This document shows positions 19,695 to 31,668 of a stretch of DNA of 64,000 nt, one piece after another. The notes under the pieces are model-generated. The model was not told the DNA's origin and ran no database searches. It was given only the letters and a program-made list of their open reading frames with translations. Location: assembly GCA_965240325.2 (NCBI GenBank), contig OZ251223.1, positions 3,100,001 to 3,164,000 of the forward strand. The letters are read 5' to 3'. The stretch is from Rebecca billardiae RCC1528 (lineage: Eukaryota > Protista > Haptophyta). Position numbers and translations under genes: made by a program. Each line of letters starts with the position of its first letter. Position 1 is the stretch's first letter.

Positions 19695-22658
19695 ATGGAG
19701 GAGCCGGCCGACCAGCCTGCCGAGGCGCCCAGCGTGCCCATCGACGAGCAGGGCGCCCTCGAGGCGTACGTGCGGCGCGTGCACGGCGAGGAGCTTGCGC
19801 GGATGGTCCTCACGTACTTTGACGCGCTGTGGGCGCGCTCGGCGCCGCCCGCCGAGCTGCTCCACTTCCTCGGCGCCACGCAGCCCCCCGACGAGCAGTG
19901 CGCGCAGGCCATCCGCGAGGCGTGTGCCGCGGGCGAGCCGGCGCGCGCGCTGGCCGCGCTCACGGACGACCTTGCGCACCTCGTCCGGCCGGTGATCGAC
20001 GCGTACGCGTGCTCGCCGGACAAGGAGCGCGTGGAGGCGTGCAGAGCGGCGGGCTCGGGCGCGGCGTTCGTGAAGCAGCGGCCGAGCCGCACGCACCCGC
20101 GCCGGTGCGAGCTCGCGATGGACGCGGTGCAACGGTGCCTGCGCGCGCACGAGGGCGCCTCGGCCGCTCAGTCCCCGCGCGGCGCGGCGGCCGCCGACGG
20201 CTCGCGGGCGAGCGCGGCGGCGTCGGCGAAGCGCAAGGACGAGACGTGGGCGCTGGCGCACGGCAGCCCGGCGAGCGAGCTGTGCACGCGCGTGCGCGTC
20301 TTCGACTACGCGCCCGGCACGTTTGGCTGGCTGCGCGCGCGCGCGATGGAGGCGGTCGGGGTCGCGGGCGAGGACGGCGATGAGGGTGCGTGGCCCTCAC
20401 TCGCGCTGTCGCTCGGCGGCTGGCGCTCGCTCGGCCCCGCGGTCTCCACCGTGCAGACCTCGTCGCGCTCGGGCGCGCTGTACTGGGAGTCGAGCGACGG
20501 CCGCTGCTTCGTCAAGACCGTCGGCGCGAAGGAGGCGAAGACGCTGCGCTCGATGCTCCCAGCGTACGTGTCCCACCTCGAGCGGTACCACGCCTCGCTG
20601 CTGCCGCGCTTCGTCGGCCTCTTCAAGGCGCGGCTGCTCGACGAGGGGCCGTCCGCGCCGCGCGTGTACCTGCTCGCGATGCGCCACCTCTTCGCCGCCT
20701 GCGCGGTGCCCGGCACCGTCGCCGAGCAGTACGACCTCAAAGGCTCCACCGTCGACCGCTACGTGGGGGCGGGCTCGCCGCGCGCCGCCGGCGGCACGCC
20801 CCGGTCGACGGCGAGCGGCTCGCGCTCGGTGCCGACGACGCCGCCCACACAGCGCGCGACGCTGGACGGCGCGGGCGAGCCGGCGGAGCTGCACGGCGCG
20901 GGGAGCGGCGCGGGCGCAGAGCGCGGCTCGCGCGGCTCGCTCCAGCTCTCCACCCCGCCGCTCCAGCCGCCCGCCGGCACGCCAGCCCAGCCGGGCAGCG
21001 CGACGGCGCCGGCGGGCGGCGCGCACCAGCCGCCCGCCGGCCACAGCCCGGTGCACGCGGAGGCGTTCGACAGCCCGCGCGTCGCAGGCGGCGCGCTCAC
21101 GCGGAAGGACCTCGACCTGACGCGGCCGGTGCGCATCGGGCCGTCGATGCGCCGCCTCCTGCTCGCGCAGCTCGAGGTGGACAGCCGGCTGCTCGAGCGC
21201 CACGAGCTGATGGACTACAGCCTGCTCCTCGGAGTGGGCAGCGGCGCGGAGACGGTCGAGCGACTGGGCGCGCGCCGGCGCGAGTGGGACGCGGAGCGCG
21301 TGCGCCGCTGGCGGTACAGGGGGCCGCAGCCGGGCGAGGGCGAGAGCGACGGCGGCGTGGGCGGTGTTTGGGACGGAGCACCCGCGGCTAACGCGAGACG
21401 CGTCGACGGCGCCGGCGCCGCGGGCGTGGCTGAGGGCAGACACGGCCTTGCGCCTGCGGCGGTGGCGGCGGCGGCCGCGGCGGCGCCTGTCGAGGCCGCG
21501 GCCGACGTGTCGGTGGGCGGAGCGCCCGCGGGCAACGGCCGGCGGGAGCACGCAGCTGCCGGGCCTGCCGCCGCCCCGGCCGTCGGCGCGACGACGCCCG
21601 CCAGCGTCGAGGTCGAGGCTCCGGCCGGCGCCCCTGCCGAGCGCAGCCCCAGCCACGCAGCCGCAGAGCCGGACAGCCCGGGCGAGCAGGCGCTGATCCT
21701 GCTGCTCGACACGCCGCACACGCCGCACGAGTGCTGGCGCGCCGCGTATGACGAGCTGAGGCGCGTGTGCGCCGGCCGCGCGCGCGTCACGGTCGTCGAC
21801 GTCGACTCGAGCCCCGCGCAGGCGGCCAGGTGGTCGGTCGCCGCCACGCCGACGGTGATCGTCCTGCAGCGGGGGACGGAGGTGCTCCGTGTCGTCGGCC
21901 TGCGGCACATTGTGCGCGCGTGGCGCTGGCTGCCAGCGCTGCTCGACAAGCTGTACCGCCCGCCCGCGGTGAGTCCTGTGCCCTCGCGCGCACGCGCGCG
22001 CGTTGGTGCCCCCGCCGCGTCGCCGGAAGGGGCGGACGCGCCGGCGCACGCGATTGCTGCTTCGCCCGCTGCCGCGCCGCTGGCCGACGGAGGCAGCGCG
22101 CGCCCCGCGGCGCCTGCGCCTGCGGGCGCTGCGGCGGCGCGCGAGCCACCGGACCGGGCCACCGGCGCCGGCGCGCCGCTTGCCGAGCCTCCGCGTGCCG
22201 AGCCTCCTCCGTGCGCGGAGGACGCGCGTGCCGCCTCCCCGGCCTCGGCCACGGCGCCGGGCGCGCCGGCGGCCGAGCGGCTGTACGACGAGGGCGTGGA
22301 GGTGGCCGCGGACGGCGGCACGTGGGCGGAGGACCTGCTGGGGCGCACGCTCGTGCGCGGCGACGACGGCGTGGGCGACGCCGAGCTGCGCGCGATGCCG
22401 CGCTTCCACGTGCTCTCGCTGTTCAGGCAGGACCTCGGCGGGATGGCGGCGCGCGGCCCCGCCGACGAGCGGCTCGACTCTGGCGAGGTGTTTGTGATGG
22501 GCATCGTCGACATCCTTCAGCAGTGGGACTTTGCCAAGCGCGTCGAGTCGCGGCTCAAGGCGCTGCGCTGGCCGCTGCAGATGTACAACATCTCAGCCGT
22601 CGACCCGCAGCTGTTCAGGAGCCGCTTCCTTGAGTACGTCGCGCGCGTCGTGGAGTAG
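19695..22658 (+). CDS. Phosphatidylinositol-phosphate kinase (PIP5K family) with an inserted thioredoxin-like domain
   Basis: Motifs DYAP.F..LR, SGALYW.SSDGR.FVKT, LLPRF.G, YDLKGS..DR, KDLD, MDYSLLLGV, MGIVDILQ, KRVES and ISAVDP..F..RF. The start could be 19545 instead. Confidence 0.9.
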   Translation: MEEPADQPAEAPSVPIDEQGALEAYVRRVHGEELARMVLTYFDALWARSAPPAELLHFLGATQPPDEQCAQAIREACAAGEPARALAALTDDLAHLVRPVIDAYACSPDKERVEACRAAGSGAAFVKQRPSRTHPRRCELAMDAVQRCLRAHEGASAAQSPRGAAAADGSRASAAASAKRKDETWALAHGSPASELCTRVRVFDYAPGTFGWLRARAMEAVGVAGEDGDEGAWPSLALSLGGWRSLGPAVSTVQTSSRSGALYWESSDGRCFVKTVGAKEAKTLRSMLPAYVSHLERYHASLLPRFVGLFKARLLDEGPSAPRVYLLAMRHLFAACAVPGTVAEQYDLKGSTVDRYVGAGSPRAAGGTPRSTASGSRSVPTTPPTQRATLDGAGEPAELHGAGSGAGAERGSRGSLQLSTPPLQPPAGTPAQPGSATAPAGGAHQPPAGHSPVHAEAFDSPRVAGGALTRKDLDLTRPVRIGPSMRRLLLAQLEVDSRLLERHELMDYSLLLGVGSGAETVERLGARRREWDAERVRRWRYRGPQPGEGESDGGVGGVWDGAPAANARRVDGAGAAGVAEGRHGLAPAAVAAAAAAAPVEAAADVSVGGAPAGNGRREHAAAGPAAAPAVGATTPASVEVEAPAGAPAERSPSHAAAEPDSPGEQALILLLDTPHTPHECWRAAYDELRRVCAGRARVTVVDVDSSPAQAARWSVAATPTVIVLQRGTEVLRVVGLRHIVRAWRWLPALLDKLYRPPAVSPVPSRARARVGAPAASPEGADAPAHAIAASPAAAPLADGGSARPAAPAPAGAAAAREPPDRATGAGAPLAEPPRAEPPPCAEDARAASPASATAPGAPAAERLYDEGVEVAADGGTWAEDLLGRTLVRGDDGVGDAELRAMPRFHVLSLFRQDLGGMAARGPADERLDSGEVFVMGIVDILQQWDFAKRVESRLKALRWPLQMYNISAVDPQLFRSRFLEYVARVVE

Positions 22659-23113
22659 GCGGGGACGCCGGGTCCGGCGCCACAGTCGGTCCCACCGGCG
22701 TGTCGCCAGTCGGGACGGTCGGCGGCGACATCGGCGGCACCGCGGCTGAGACATCGTGCCACGACGCGCGTAGCTGCGTGGAGGCTAGTCGGCTGAGTGA
22801 CAGCGCTCAGTCATTCTGAGACACATGAGTCTTGTAGAAACAAGTTCGATCAGCCCGCCCGATGGGCGATGGGCGCGATGGCGGCCGCGGGGACTTGAAG
22901 GGAAAAAGTGAAAAACAAAACATCAGGGCGGCAAGCAAAGAAAAGCAGCGCAGCGGAAAAGCGTTGCATATGGGAAACCGTTTCACGTTCCCGGCGGCCG
23001 ACGCCGGCGCGCGCCCGGACGTGACTCGAAGCCCACCGGCGTCGATCAGAAAAAGGGTGGTCGTCTCGCACTTCCATCTCCACCCGACGGCGAGGCCGGC
23101 GCCTGGTGGCGAG

Positions 23114-24969
23114 ATGAGCGGGTCAGGCACGCAGCGCAAGCAGTGGTCGCAGGAGGAGGACGACCGCGTGAAGGAGCTCGTTGGGCTGCACGGTGCGCGC
23201 GCGGTCGCTTCGCCTGCGCTCGAGCCGACCCGGAGGACGCGTGCGCGTGCGAGTGCGTCCACTCATCAGCCTCCGGCTGCCTCTCTGGCTACGTGTGCTG
23301 GCTGCGCGCAGGCACGCGCTCCTGGACGTTGGTGGCATCGTACCTCCCCGGTAGGACGGGCAAACAGTGCCGGGAGCGCTGGCACAACCAGCTTGACGAG
23401 GGCATCCGCAAGGATGCGTGGACTGCTGGTGCGTGCACCGCGCAACGTCTGCGTGCGCGCTCTTCCGCGCTGCGCGCACGCGGCGCCTGACGCTTGCAGT
23501 CGCGGCGTGGCGGGTGCGGTGCGCGCTGCCCGCGCGCAGAGGAGGACCAGACCCTACTCGACATGCACGCCAAAGTGGGCAACAAGTGGGCCGAGATCGC
23601 CAAGGCGCTGCCCGGCCGCACCGACAACGCGGTCAAGAACCACTGGAACTCGGCACTGCGGCGCGAGCGCGAGGCGCGCGAGAAAGGCGAGAACCCGACG
23701 CTGCTGCAGGCGCTGCGCAAGGAGATCGAGGGAAAGCAGCCGAAGAAAAATAGCGCCAACGGCGTGGCGGGCGGCTCGCGTGGCAGCGCGAAGAAGAAGA
23801 AGAAGGGGGGCAGCTCGCGCGGCGCCAAGGGCGGCGCCAGGGGCGGCGGTGGGCGGCGCAGTGCTGGCGACGACGACGACGACGACGACGAGGACGAGGA
23901 CGACGAGGACGACGAGGAGGAGGACGATGGGGGGATGGCGGTGGATCTGTTCGGCGCGTTCGGCGACGCGACCGCCCCCGAGGTGACGCGCGTCAACGAG
24001 CTGCTCGCGGCGAACGCGTCGAGCCCGCTCGTGCAGCTGCTCGGCAGCGGCAAGGACATGGACCCGGACGGCTTCGACGCGCTGCTGTCACTCGTGCGCG
24101 CCAAGACGGGGCAGGAGCTGATGGCGGCGAGCGACAGGCTGGTCGAGCGCGTGAAGGGCGGTGGGGACGCCAGCGCGTCCACGCGCGCGGGCAAGGGCGG
24201 CCCGCCCTCCGCGCGCCTGCCGATGGGCATGACGCCGGGCGCGCAGGCGCTCGCAGACGCGTTTGGCCTGCACGTGGGAGGCAGCGTCTCGAGGCCGCTC
24301 GCGACGCCCGGCGGCCTCGAGCTGAGCATGAATGACCTGCTCACGCCGTCGCTCGCGGCGTCCATGGGGCTGGACGAGAGCCTTGCTTCGCAGCTGCACT
24401 CCGCGCTCGCCGACGCCTCGAAGGACAGCAAAAAGCCGGGCTCGGGCGGGAAGCGGCCACCGGGCTCGGCGGCGGCGCAGGAGAGCGCGCCCACCGAGGT
24501 GAAGCGCGCGCGCTCGTCCTCGCGCCCACCGCGCATCGGCATCACGAGGAGCCACGAGGAGGGCGCGGACTCGCCGCACAGCAGCGGGCCGCCCTCGCTC
24601 ACCCGATCGCGCAGCTCGCTGCGCGAGAAGCGCCCGGCCGGCGCGACCGACCTCTCGACGCAGGACCTGCAGGGCGAGCCGGCGAGCTCCCTGGCCGCGC
24701 CTGCGAGCGCCATCACACCCGCGCAGGCGCAGGCGCTGCTCAACTCGCCCGCCGCGCTGCCGCTCTTCGCCGCCGCGCTGTCGCCCGCGCTGTCCGAACC
24801 ACTCGGCCTCTCACCCTCGTCTATCATGACGTTCCTCAACCTCGATAGCCTCAACCTGCCCTCGCCGTCGCTCAACTCGGAGGGCGCGCCGCGCACAGGC
24901 AGCGGGCCTGCAGGCAGCCGCGCTGGCACGCCGTCGGGCCGTCGCTCGTCGCGACTGCGGCCGCAGTGA
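23114..24969 (+). CDS. R2R3-type MYB transcription factor (3 exons)
   Basis: Exons 23114-23192, 23312-23428 and 23540-24969 give WSQEEDD...[22 protein letters not shown]...WTAEED...[25 protein letters not shown]. Confidence 0.92.
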
Positions 24970-25700
24970 CGCGCGCGCTTGTGACGATGATCGGCATCTG
25001 ATGGGGCGGCATCACGATCGAAGCTACGCGTCGGACGGTGAGAGCGCGTCGCCCGCAGTGCTGCTTGCTTGCGCATGCAGCCACCGCCCACGGGGGCCGC
25101 TTCCGACACAGCAGATGAGGACGTGGCCGGCGTCCGTCGGGCGCGCTCTGGCGGTCGGCGGGGCGCACACGCCCACGGCGTCACCGCATGGGCCGTCTCA
25201 TGTGATGCGGCGTGCGCGCAAGCCCTTTCCGCTTTGCGCAGCCGCAGCGCGCGTGTCGCAGTGACGAGGCCCCGTCGTCGTCGCAGCACCATGCCGCGCG
25301 CGCTTGTAGTTAGCCGCCTGATGACTGCGCGATGTTCGCCGACGGCGCCGAGTCCAGCACCGTCAGCATCGAGCCCGAGGTCCGAGCACGCGCTTCACAA
25401 CGACTGCCGCGTTATATATATTTATTCTACTGCGCTGCTGCTGATGCAGTGATGCTGCTGACGCCGCGCATCACGCGCGACTCGCGTCATATCGTCATAT
25501 ATTGAGCGCGATGATTTAGTAGTTCATCAGTGATGAGCGCGCATATAGCATTAGTGTTATTAGCAGCGTGCATCATCGCATGCGCATCATCGCGTCATAT
25601 CAGCATCGTCGTCGTCATCAGCATCATCATCAGACATCATCAGCGTACCATGCGCCACCTGCTGCATACTCTGTACTCATGTCTCATCCGTCTGCCGTCA

Positions 25701-28700
25701 TCATCCAGCGTGAGCCTGAGGGCGATGAGCATTGACCCCGCCGCCAACGACCGAGGCCGAGCGGGTCAACGCGGGCGGGCTGTCTGCCTGGTTGTTGGGA
25801 TCGGCGTTGGATCGCCGCGCGCTGCGCCACAGCTGAGCGCGTGAGCCCCAGTCCTCGGAGCGGGAGGCCGTGCTGCTACTCCCCTCCTTGGGGCGCGGCG
25901 GGCCCCGCTGCCATGGCCGCATCGCGGTGGGTGGCCCCGCGCTCGGCGCGGTCGCGGTGCGCGAGACCACGCTCCAGCTCAGGTACCCCACCGCCGCCCG
26001 GATGGCTGTGCGCACGGTCGCGTTGAACGCGTCCAGCGCCGCCTCCGCGTCCGCGGGGTCGCGCTCGAGGCCCGCCGCGCGCAGCTGTGCCGCGCTCAGC
26101 CCGCTCGGCGCAAACTTGGAGACGATCAGCTCGAGGATGCGCGCGCGGTCGTCTGCGAGCGAAGCCTCGGCGTGCCGCGCGTCGAAGGAGGTGAGTGCCT
26201 CGCACACGCGCGTGCGGTCGCGGTCGAGTGCGCGGAGGAAGCTCTCGCGCTGCGTGCGCGAGAGCGCGAGCGAGAACTCGACCGGCCGGCTGCCGCCACC
26301 GCCGCCACCGCTGCCGCCCGCGCCGCCGCTGCCCTCAGCCTCCGGCTGCTGCTCGTCTGCCGCGCCCTGCCACGCGCGCGCGCTGCGGCGCTGCGTGTTC
26401 GCCTGCATGATCTCGTACAGGCACCTGGTGCGCGCGCGTGCGCAGGCCACGCCCAACGTGCGGCGCCGCGAGTTGGCGGGCGAGGCGGCGGTCAAGCCGC
26501 GTGCGGACGATACCGGCCGCCGGAGCGCGCGCGCGCGTGGGAGGGAGGGGCGTCTGCGGGGCGGGAGGCACGCGCGCACCACACGCGCGTGAGGGCGATC
26601 GGCTTGTCCCACGGCGAGAGGACGGCCACCATCCGGCCGATTTGGCGCAGGATCGCGCCGATGTGCAGCACGTCCGCGTCGACGCGGTGCTGCCGGATGC
26701 AGCACAGGCTGGGCGGCGCAAGAGGCGTGCGCCGCGTGCGCGGGCGGCGCGTTCCGCACTCGGCCTCACGGCGCGGCCGAGCGGCGCGGCGCGAGCGCGC
26801 GGCGGCGCGTGGGCCGGTCGGCCCGGGTGCGCGGCCAGGTGGGCGCGCAGGCGAGCGCGCACTCGATCCACAGGTAGGTGCGCGCCGCGTCGAGTGAGTG
26901 CAGCTCCATGTGTAGACTGACCGCATCGAGCATGTCCACAAACGAACACGCCTGGGCGTGGCTTACAAAGAGGGTGGCCGGACGCACCGCCGCGCGCCCG
27001 TCCGCCGTCCGCGCCGAGCGCTTGAGCTCGCACAGCGCGAGCCGTGAGGCGGCGGTGATCTCGCGCACGATCTCGCCCGCGCGGTACGACGTGTCCGCCG
27101 CGCCGAGCCCATGCGCCGCGGCGAACTCGCGCAGGAAGGCGAGGGAGACGCCGAGGCCGAGGTGTGGAGGGAAGCCGCCCGTTCCCGCGAGCGCGCGCCG
27201 CTGCGTGTGCGCGGAGCCGAGCGGGGAGCTGGGCTTCATGGCGGCGCAGCAGATGGACAGACGCCGGCCGGCACTCGGCGAGCCGCCACTCGGCGGGCTG
27301 CTGCCGGTAGCGCTCACTCGCTTGCCTCGCTCGGTGGGCGGCGAAGGTGAGCGCGCGCCGCGCGTGTCCGGCGCGGACGGCGCGTCCAAGCGCCCAGCAC
27401 CCTCGCAGCGCGCAGGGTGGACGCGCGCAGAGGCCCCGGGCAGGGCTGCCAGCAGGGCTCGGCTCGCCACGGCGATCGGCGAGCGCGGCGGTGTGGGTGT
27501 GTCGACCGGCGCCGCATGCCGCTCCTTGCCACCGGATCCGGCGGGCACTGCCGATGGGCGCATCACGTGGCCTGCCGCGCGCTCGAGCTCGCAACTGCCT
27601 TTGCCGCCAACACTTTGGCCGTTGCTGCCGCCCCCGCCCGCCACGGGATGCAGCGCTGCCGTCGGCGGCGGCACGGCCGGGGGCACGAGTGGATGCTCGC
27701 CCAGCATCGACGCCGCGTCCACCTCCCGCAGCCCCGGCTGCTTCGGCGCCCCCTCCTCCACGGCTGCGAGCTCGTCGGCAGCCGTTGACGTGACGCTTTC
27801 GATCGAGAGCCGCGATGAGCCGTCGCGCGCGCGGGCCTTGTCGTGCGCGCCGCCGTGCGACTCGCCGCTGCCGCGTCGCGAGGAGGGGGTCGAGCGCTTG
27901 CGGCCGATCTGCATCACGCGCGATCGGCGCAGCTCGGCGACATCTAGGCTGCGCGCCAGCGCGCCGAGCGTCTGCGAGCGCGCTTTGCGCCCCCGTCGCC
28001 GCTCGAAGTGGGCGTGGCCGCTCGGCAGCCGCTGCCGCCGCCGATCTGCCGCGTCGTCGGTGTCTGTCGCGCTCAGCGGTCGGCGCTGGGCGGGCAGGTC
28101 GGCGCCTGTCGGCTCGGAGGCCCTCCGTTCCGAAGCAGGTGGGCTCTCTTGCGCTGCGCGCGAGCTCGCCACGCACGCGCGCACCCCAGCCGCCAGCCCG
28201 TTGGCTGCGCGCTCGAGCGGGCCGTGCACGATCGCGACGCCAATCGGCACGAACACCTTCAGCTTGGCCACGGTGAGGCACGCGTGCACGACCGTCAGTG
28301 GCGCGGGCTGCAGGAGGCGCGCCCACGGGCGGAAGAGGCACGGCTGCCAGAACGGGCCGACCACCACGCCGAGCGCAACGAGCACGAGCACGCGGCGCGT
28401 CTCGCGGACGAGGTAGCTGAGCACGACGGGCGGCGACGCGCCTGCGTACAGGCCCATGCGCGCCCGGCGGTGCGCGTACAGCGCAAAGGCGCAGATCGGG
28501 ATGGGCAGCAGTGAGGTGGACCACGACAGGCGCAGCGTGCCGGCCGGGGAGACGTCGAACAAAGTCGGTGAGTAGAGCAGCAACAGATCCGCGCCCACCG
28601 CCAGCAGCAGCAGCAGGAGCGCCAGACGGCGGTAGAAGCGCGTGCCGATCGAGAGCGAGACCAGCCCGGCCGCGTCGCTCGCCTCGCAGAAGTACACGAG

Positions 28701-29579
28701 GAACAGGAAGGTAGAGAGCGAGGACAGGTCGTACGGCGCGGTGCGTAGACGCACCGCCACGCCATATGACAGGCGCCCCGGCCAGAAGAAGATCGGGTCC
28801 AGCACCACCTGCGCGAGCCGCAGCCCGTTGGCGCTCACCTCGAGGCCGAGCATCAGCTGCGGGATCGTGGCGCGCACGCGCCCGTCCGCGCGGAGGAAGC
28901 TGACGAGGCGCGACACGGCCATCTCGAGCGCGAACGCAACCACGAGGGCGAGCACAACCGTCCACAGCGTGAAGAACCACGTCGTGAACAGCCGATCGAA
29001 CGCCGAGCTCGATGGCGCGAGCGTGCCCCGCGCCGCGCGACCCGAGCGCAGCGACGCGATGAGCGGTGCGGCCGCGGCCGACGTGATGTCTGCACCGATC
29101 AGGCCGTCAAACGCGCGCACGTCGCCGTTGAGCCACAGCCGAGAGATGTACCCCGGCACGGGCCGCAATGGCAAGCTCTGCTCGCTGAACGACAGCCAGC
29201 CAGCCGCGCCGAGCGCAGCGGCGGCGCGCGCATGACGCTCCGGGCTGCAGACGAAGGACCTCGCGTGCACGGCGATGACCAGCGCGCCGTGCAGGCGGGA
29301 CGCGTGCCCCTCCCCGACGTATTCGGGCGGGCATCCGCGCCACTCGGTCTCCTCCGTGAGCACGAGCGGCGCACTCACGGGCGCGGCGTCTGCGGGCGTG
29401 AAGCCGTAGCGTGGAGCGTCGAGTACATCGCCTGAGTCGAGCACGAGGTGTGCCCTGGCGACAGCGGGCGCGAGCGCGAGAGCCATGGCGAGCGACCTCC
29501 AAGAGAGTATGCCCAGCTGAGGACGACACGACCTTCGCCGCCTCGGCCGGGGCGCCAACGCGCCCAGCGTGGCGAGCAT
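25701..29579 (-). CDS. Predicted receptor: signal peptide + PA-like ectodomain + 7TM + cytosolic HET/TIR-like domain (paralog 2)
   Basis: Colinear with paralog 1: WRGCPP..G...GALVI...CSPER, seven TM helices, LGVSLAFLRE, LFVSHAQACSF. Removing introns 26709-26862 and 26425-26579 restores YLWIDLCCIRQH...LSPWDKPIALTRVWCLYE. The start could be 29486 instead. Confidence 0.75.
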
Positions 29580-31065
29580 CGTCCGCTCGACGCCTTCGAG
29601 GGGAGGAGTGTCGCCACCGCCAGGCCGACGACACGAGGGGATCCAGCCCAGGCGTTGGGAATCCACAATATGAACGGGGTTCAGAAGGTTCGCCTCATCA
29701 AGCAAACTGTACATCGCACATTCATGAATCAGCGGACGAATCTTCGTCGATCATCAGATGTCATTTAAGTATCTTACCTCCCCTGTGAAGCCGGAAGCTG
29801 CCGCCGTCGTGCGCCGGCCCGGCCGCTCCGACGCGTTGGTGCCCGCGTGGGCATTCCGGGCAGCAATAAACCCGCCGTACTCGTCGTCCCCAACCGCGTG
29901 TTGGCCGTATACCTCACACTCACAGTCAGAGGCGAGCCTCTGCGCCGCGCCGGGCGGGTCACGCCGCATGCGCGGCTGCGGCCCGGGTCTACTACTAGCC
30001 CGGACCCTGTCACCCGTTACCGGCCGGCGCGCGGGGCTGGCAACCGCAATGAGAGTCTCAGACCGATAGTGAGCCGGAAGAAGCAGAAGAGCCTAACCGT
30101 CGGAAGGTGACATCATCAGTAACTACCGCCTGTTTCGTTTGAGCATCATCCGCAACAATGAACGTGGCTCATCAGTGACGTATTATGAGAGTACAGTAGC
30201 TTGGAAGTTCAGCCTTCAGGCTGCTGACGTGGCCCGTGACAGACAGGCGTGGCTCAGCGGCGCGGGACCTGATGACGAGTGACTACTACTAGGCCAGTAC
30301 TGTCACCGTGCGCAGCGTCACGGATCACACAGCCGGATGATGTCATCATCATGCGGTCATTTATCACTACTGAAATCGTAGTGCTAAATAGCAGTACCAA
30401 AAAGTAGTAGGGGGCAGAGATCGTGTACTACCTACTCGTCGCCAGCTCTCGTTGACTCGTCGTCTGCCCGTGACAGCAGCTCCATTAGCTGCTACGGTAC
30501 GGCCAGATGTGAGATGGTGGCGGGTACTTCGTTCGATGGTGGCTGCCCAGGTAGTGCGGCACGTGCGTGCCTCTGGACGGGCCGTGGCGAGGTCGCCAAA
30601 TCGCATGGCATCGTCCCAACGAAGGCTGCTAGTACCCCTGACCAGCTTGCTAGCCATGCCGGTCGTTGATCATCCCGCCGTTGACAGGCGCGCACGTGCC
30701 ACACATAGCACACGCCACACGTATGCGCACGGCAGCCGTGTCGGACTGGCGCGGTCGCACGACTAGTTACCGCACAGCCTGGCGGAACTACATTCAGATT
30801 GTCAGACTCATGCTGGGAGTCTGCTAGCAGTGAATTTGTCGTCAGGGACGCGGTCATGGAATCCTCAGATCGCGAACTGAAAGTCTGATGAATTGATATA
30901 GGTCTGCATACACCCTCGCCTGGCATGCCGGCATGCCTCAGACGTCATACTTGTACTAGCACCGCCGTCAGCTAGAAGGGTGATGATAGTCATGTACTAC
31001 TGGCCGGTCGTCAGCGCGCGCGACTTAATGTTATTGCATCATCAGCATCATGACGATGCCCTGTA

Positions 31066-31117
31066 AATATATGTATGTATATATATGTGTATATATACAT
31101 ATATGTATGTATGTATA
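31066..31117. repeat. TA/TATG microsatellite
   Basis: Low-complexity TA/TG run. Confidence 0.85.
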
Positions 31118-31668
31118 CAATCATTGCCCGCCAGCATTGCCCTAGCAATTCATCCGCCTGCTACCGCCGCTACTACGGCCTTCGTCCTTCAGCCGCCCAT
31201 ATCTGATAGTTACTCACCGCGCGATGACTACGGCGCGGAGTATATATATACGGTCTTGTAACCACGTGCGCCGGACGTATGCCGTAATCAGATGAGCAGA
31301 CAGCACGGTCTGTCTGACATCAGAGAGCGCAGTAGTGGTCGTCGTCGCGCCAATAAACTGCGGCGTTCGCTATAGTAGACGACGACAATAAATTGCTAGC
31401 AGCAGTATAGGTTGTTACTGTTAGTCTACTCGCGGCGGGATGAAATTGAAAGGAAGCTGTCCTAGCTGTCGTCACGCTCACGGCCACACTCACTACGTGC
31501 TGCGCGCTCGTACTTCCCGGCGAGGACGGGACCGCGCTGCCAGTGACCTGAGGCCATCAACGTCACGCCCCATCAGTGACCCGGCCGTGGCGCTGGGGCC
31601 TTGGATCGCAGTAGGACGGGCATTCACGCCCTCCATGGCTTCCCTTCCGAAGCTAGTCCCCAATAACT

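Noticed and set aside
25430-25700. Signal-peptide-like ORF 25530-25844 in a CAT/TGA-rich tract
   Set aside because: Low-complexity intergenic sequence between convergent genes; the hydrophobicity comes from ATC/GTC repeats.
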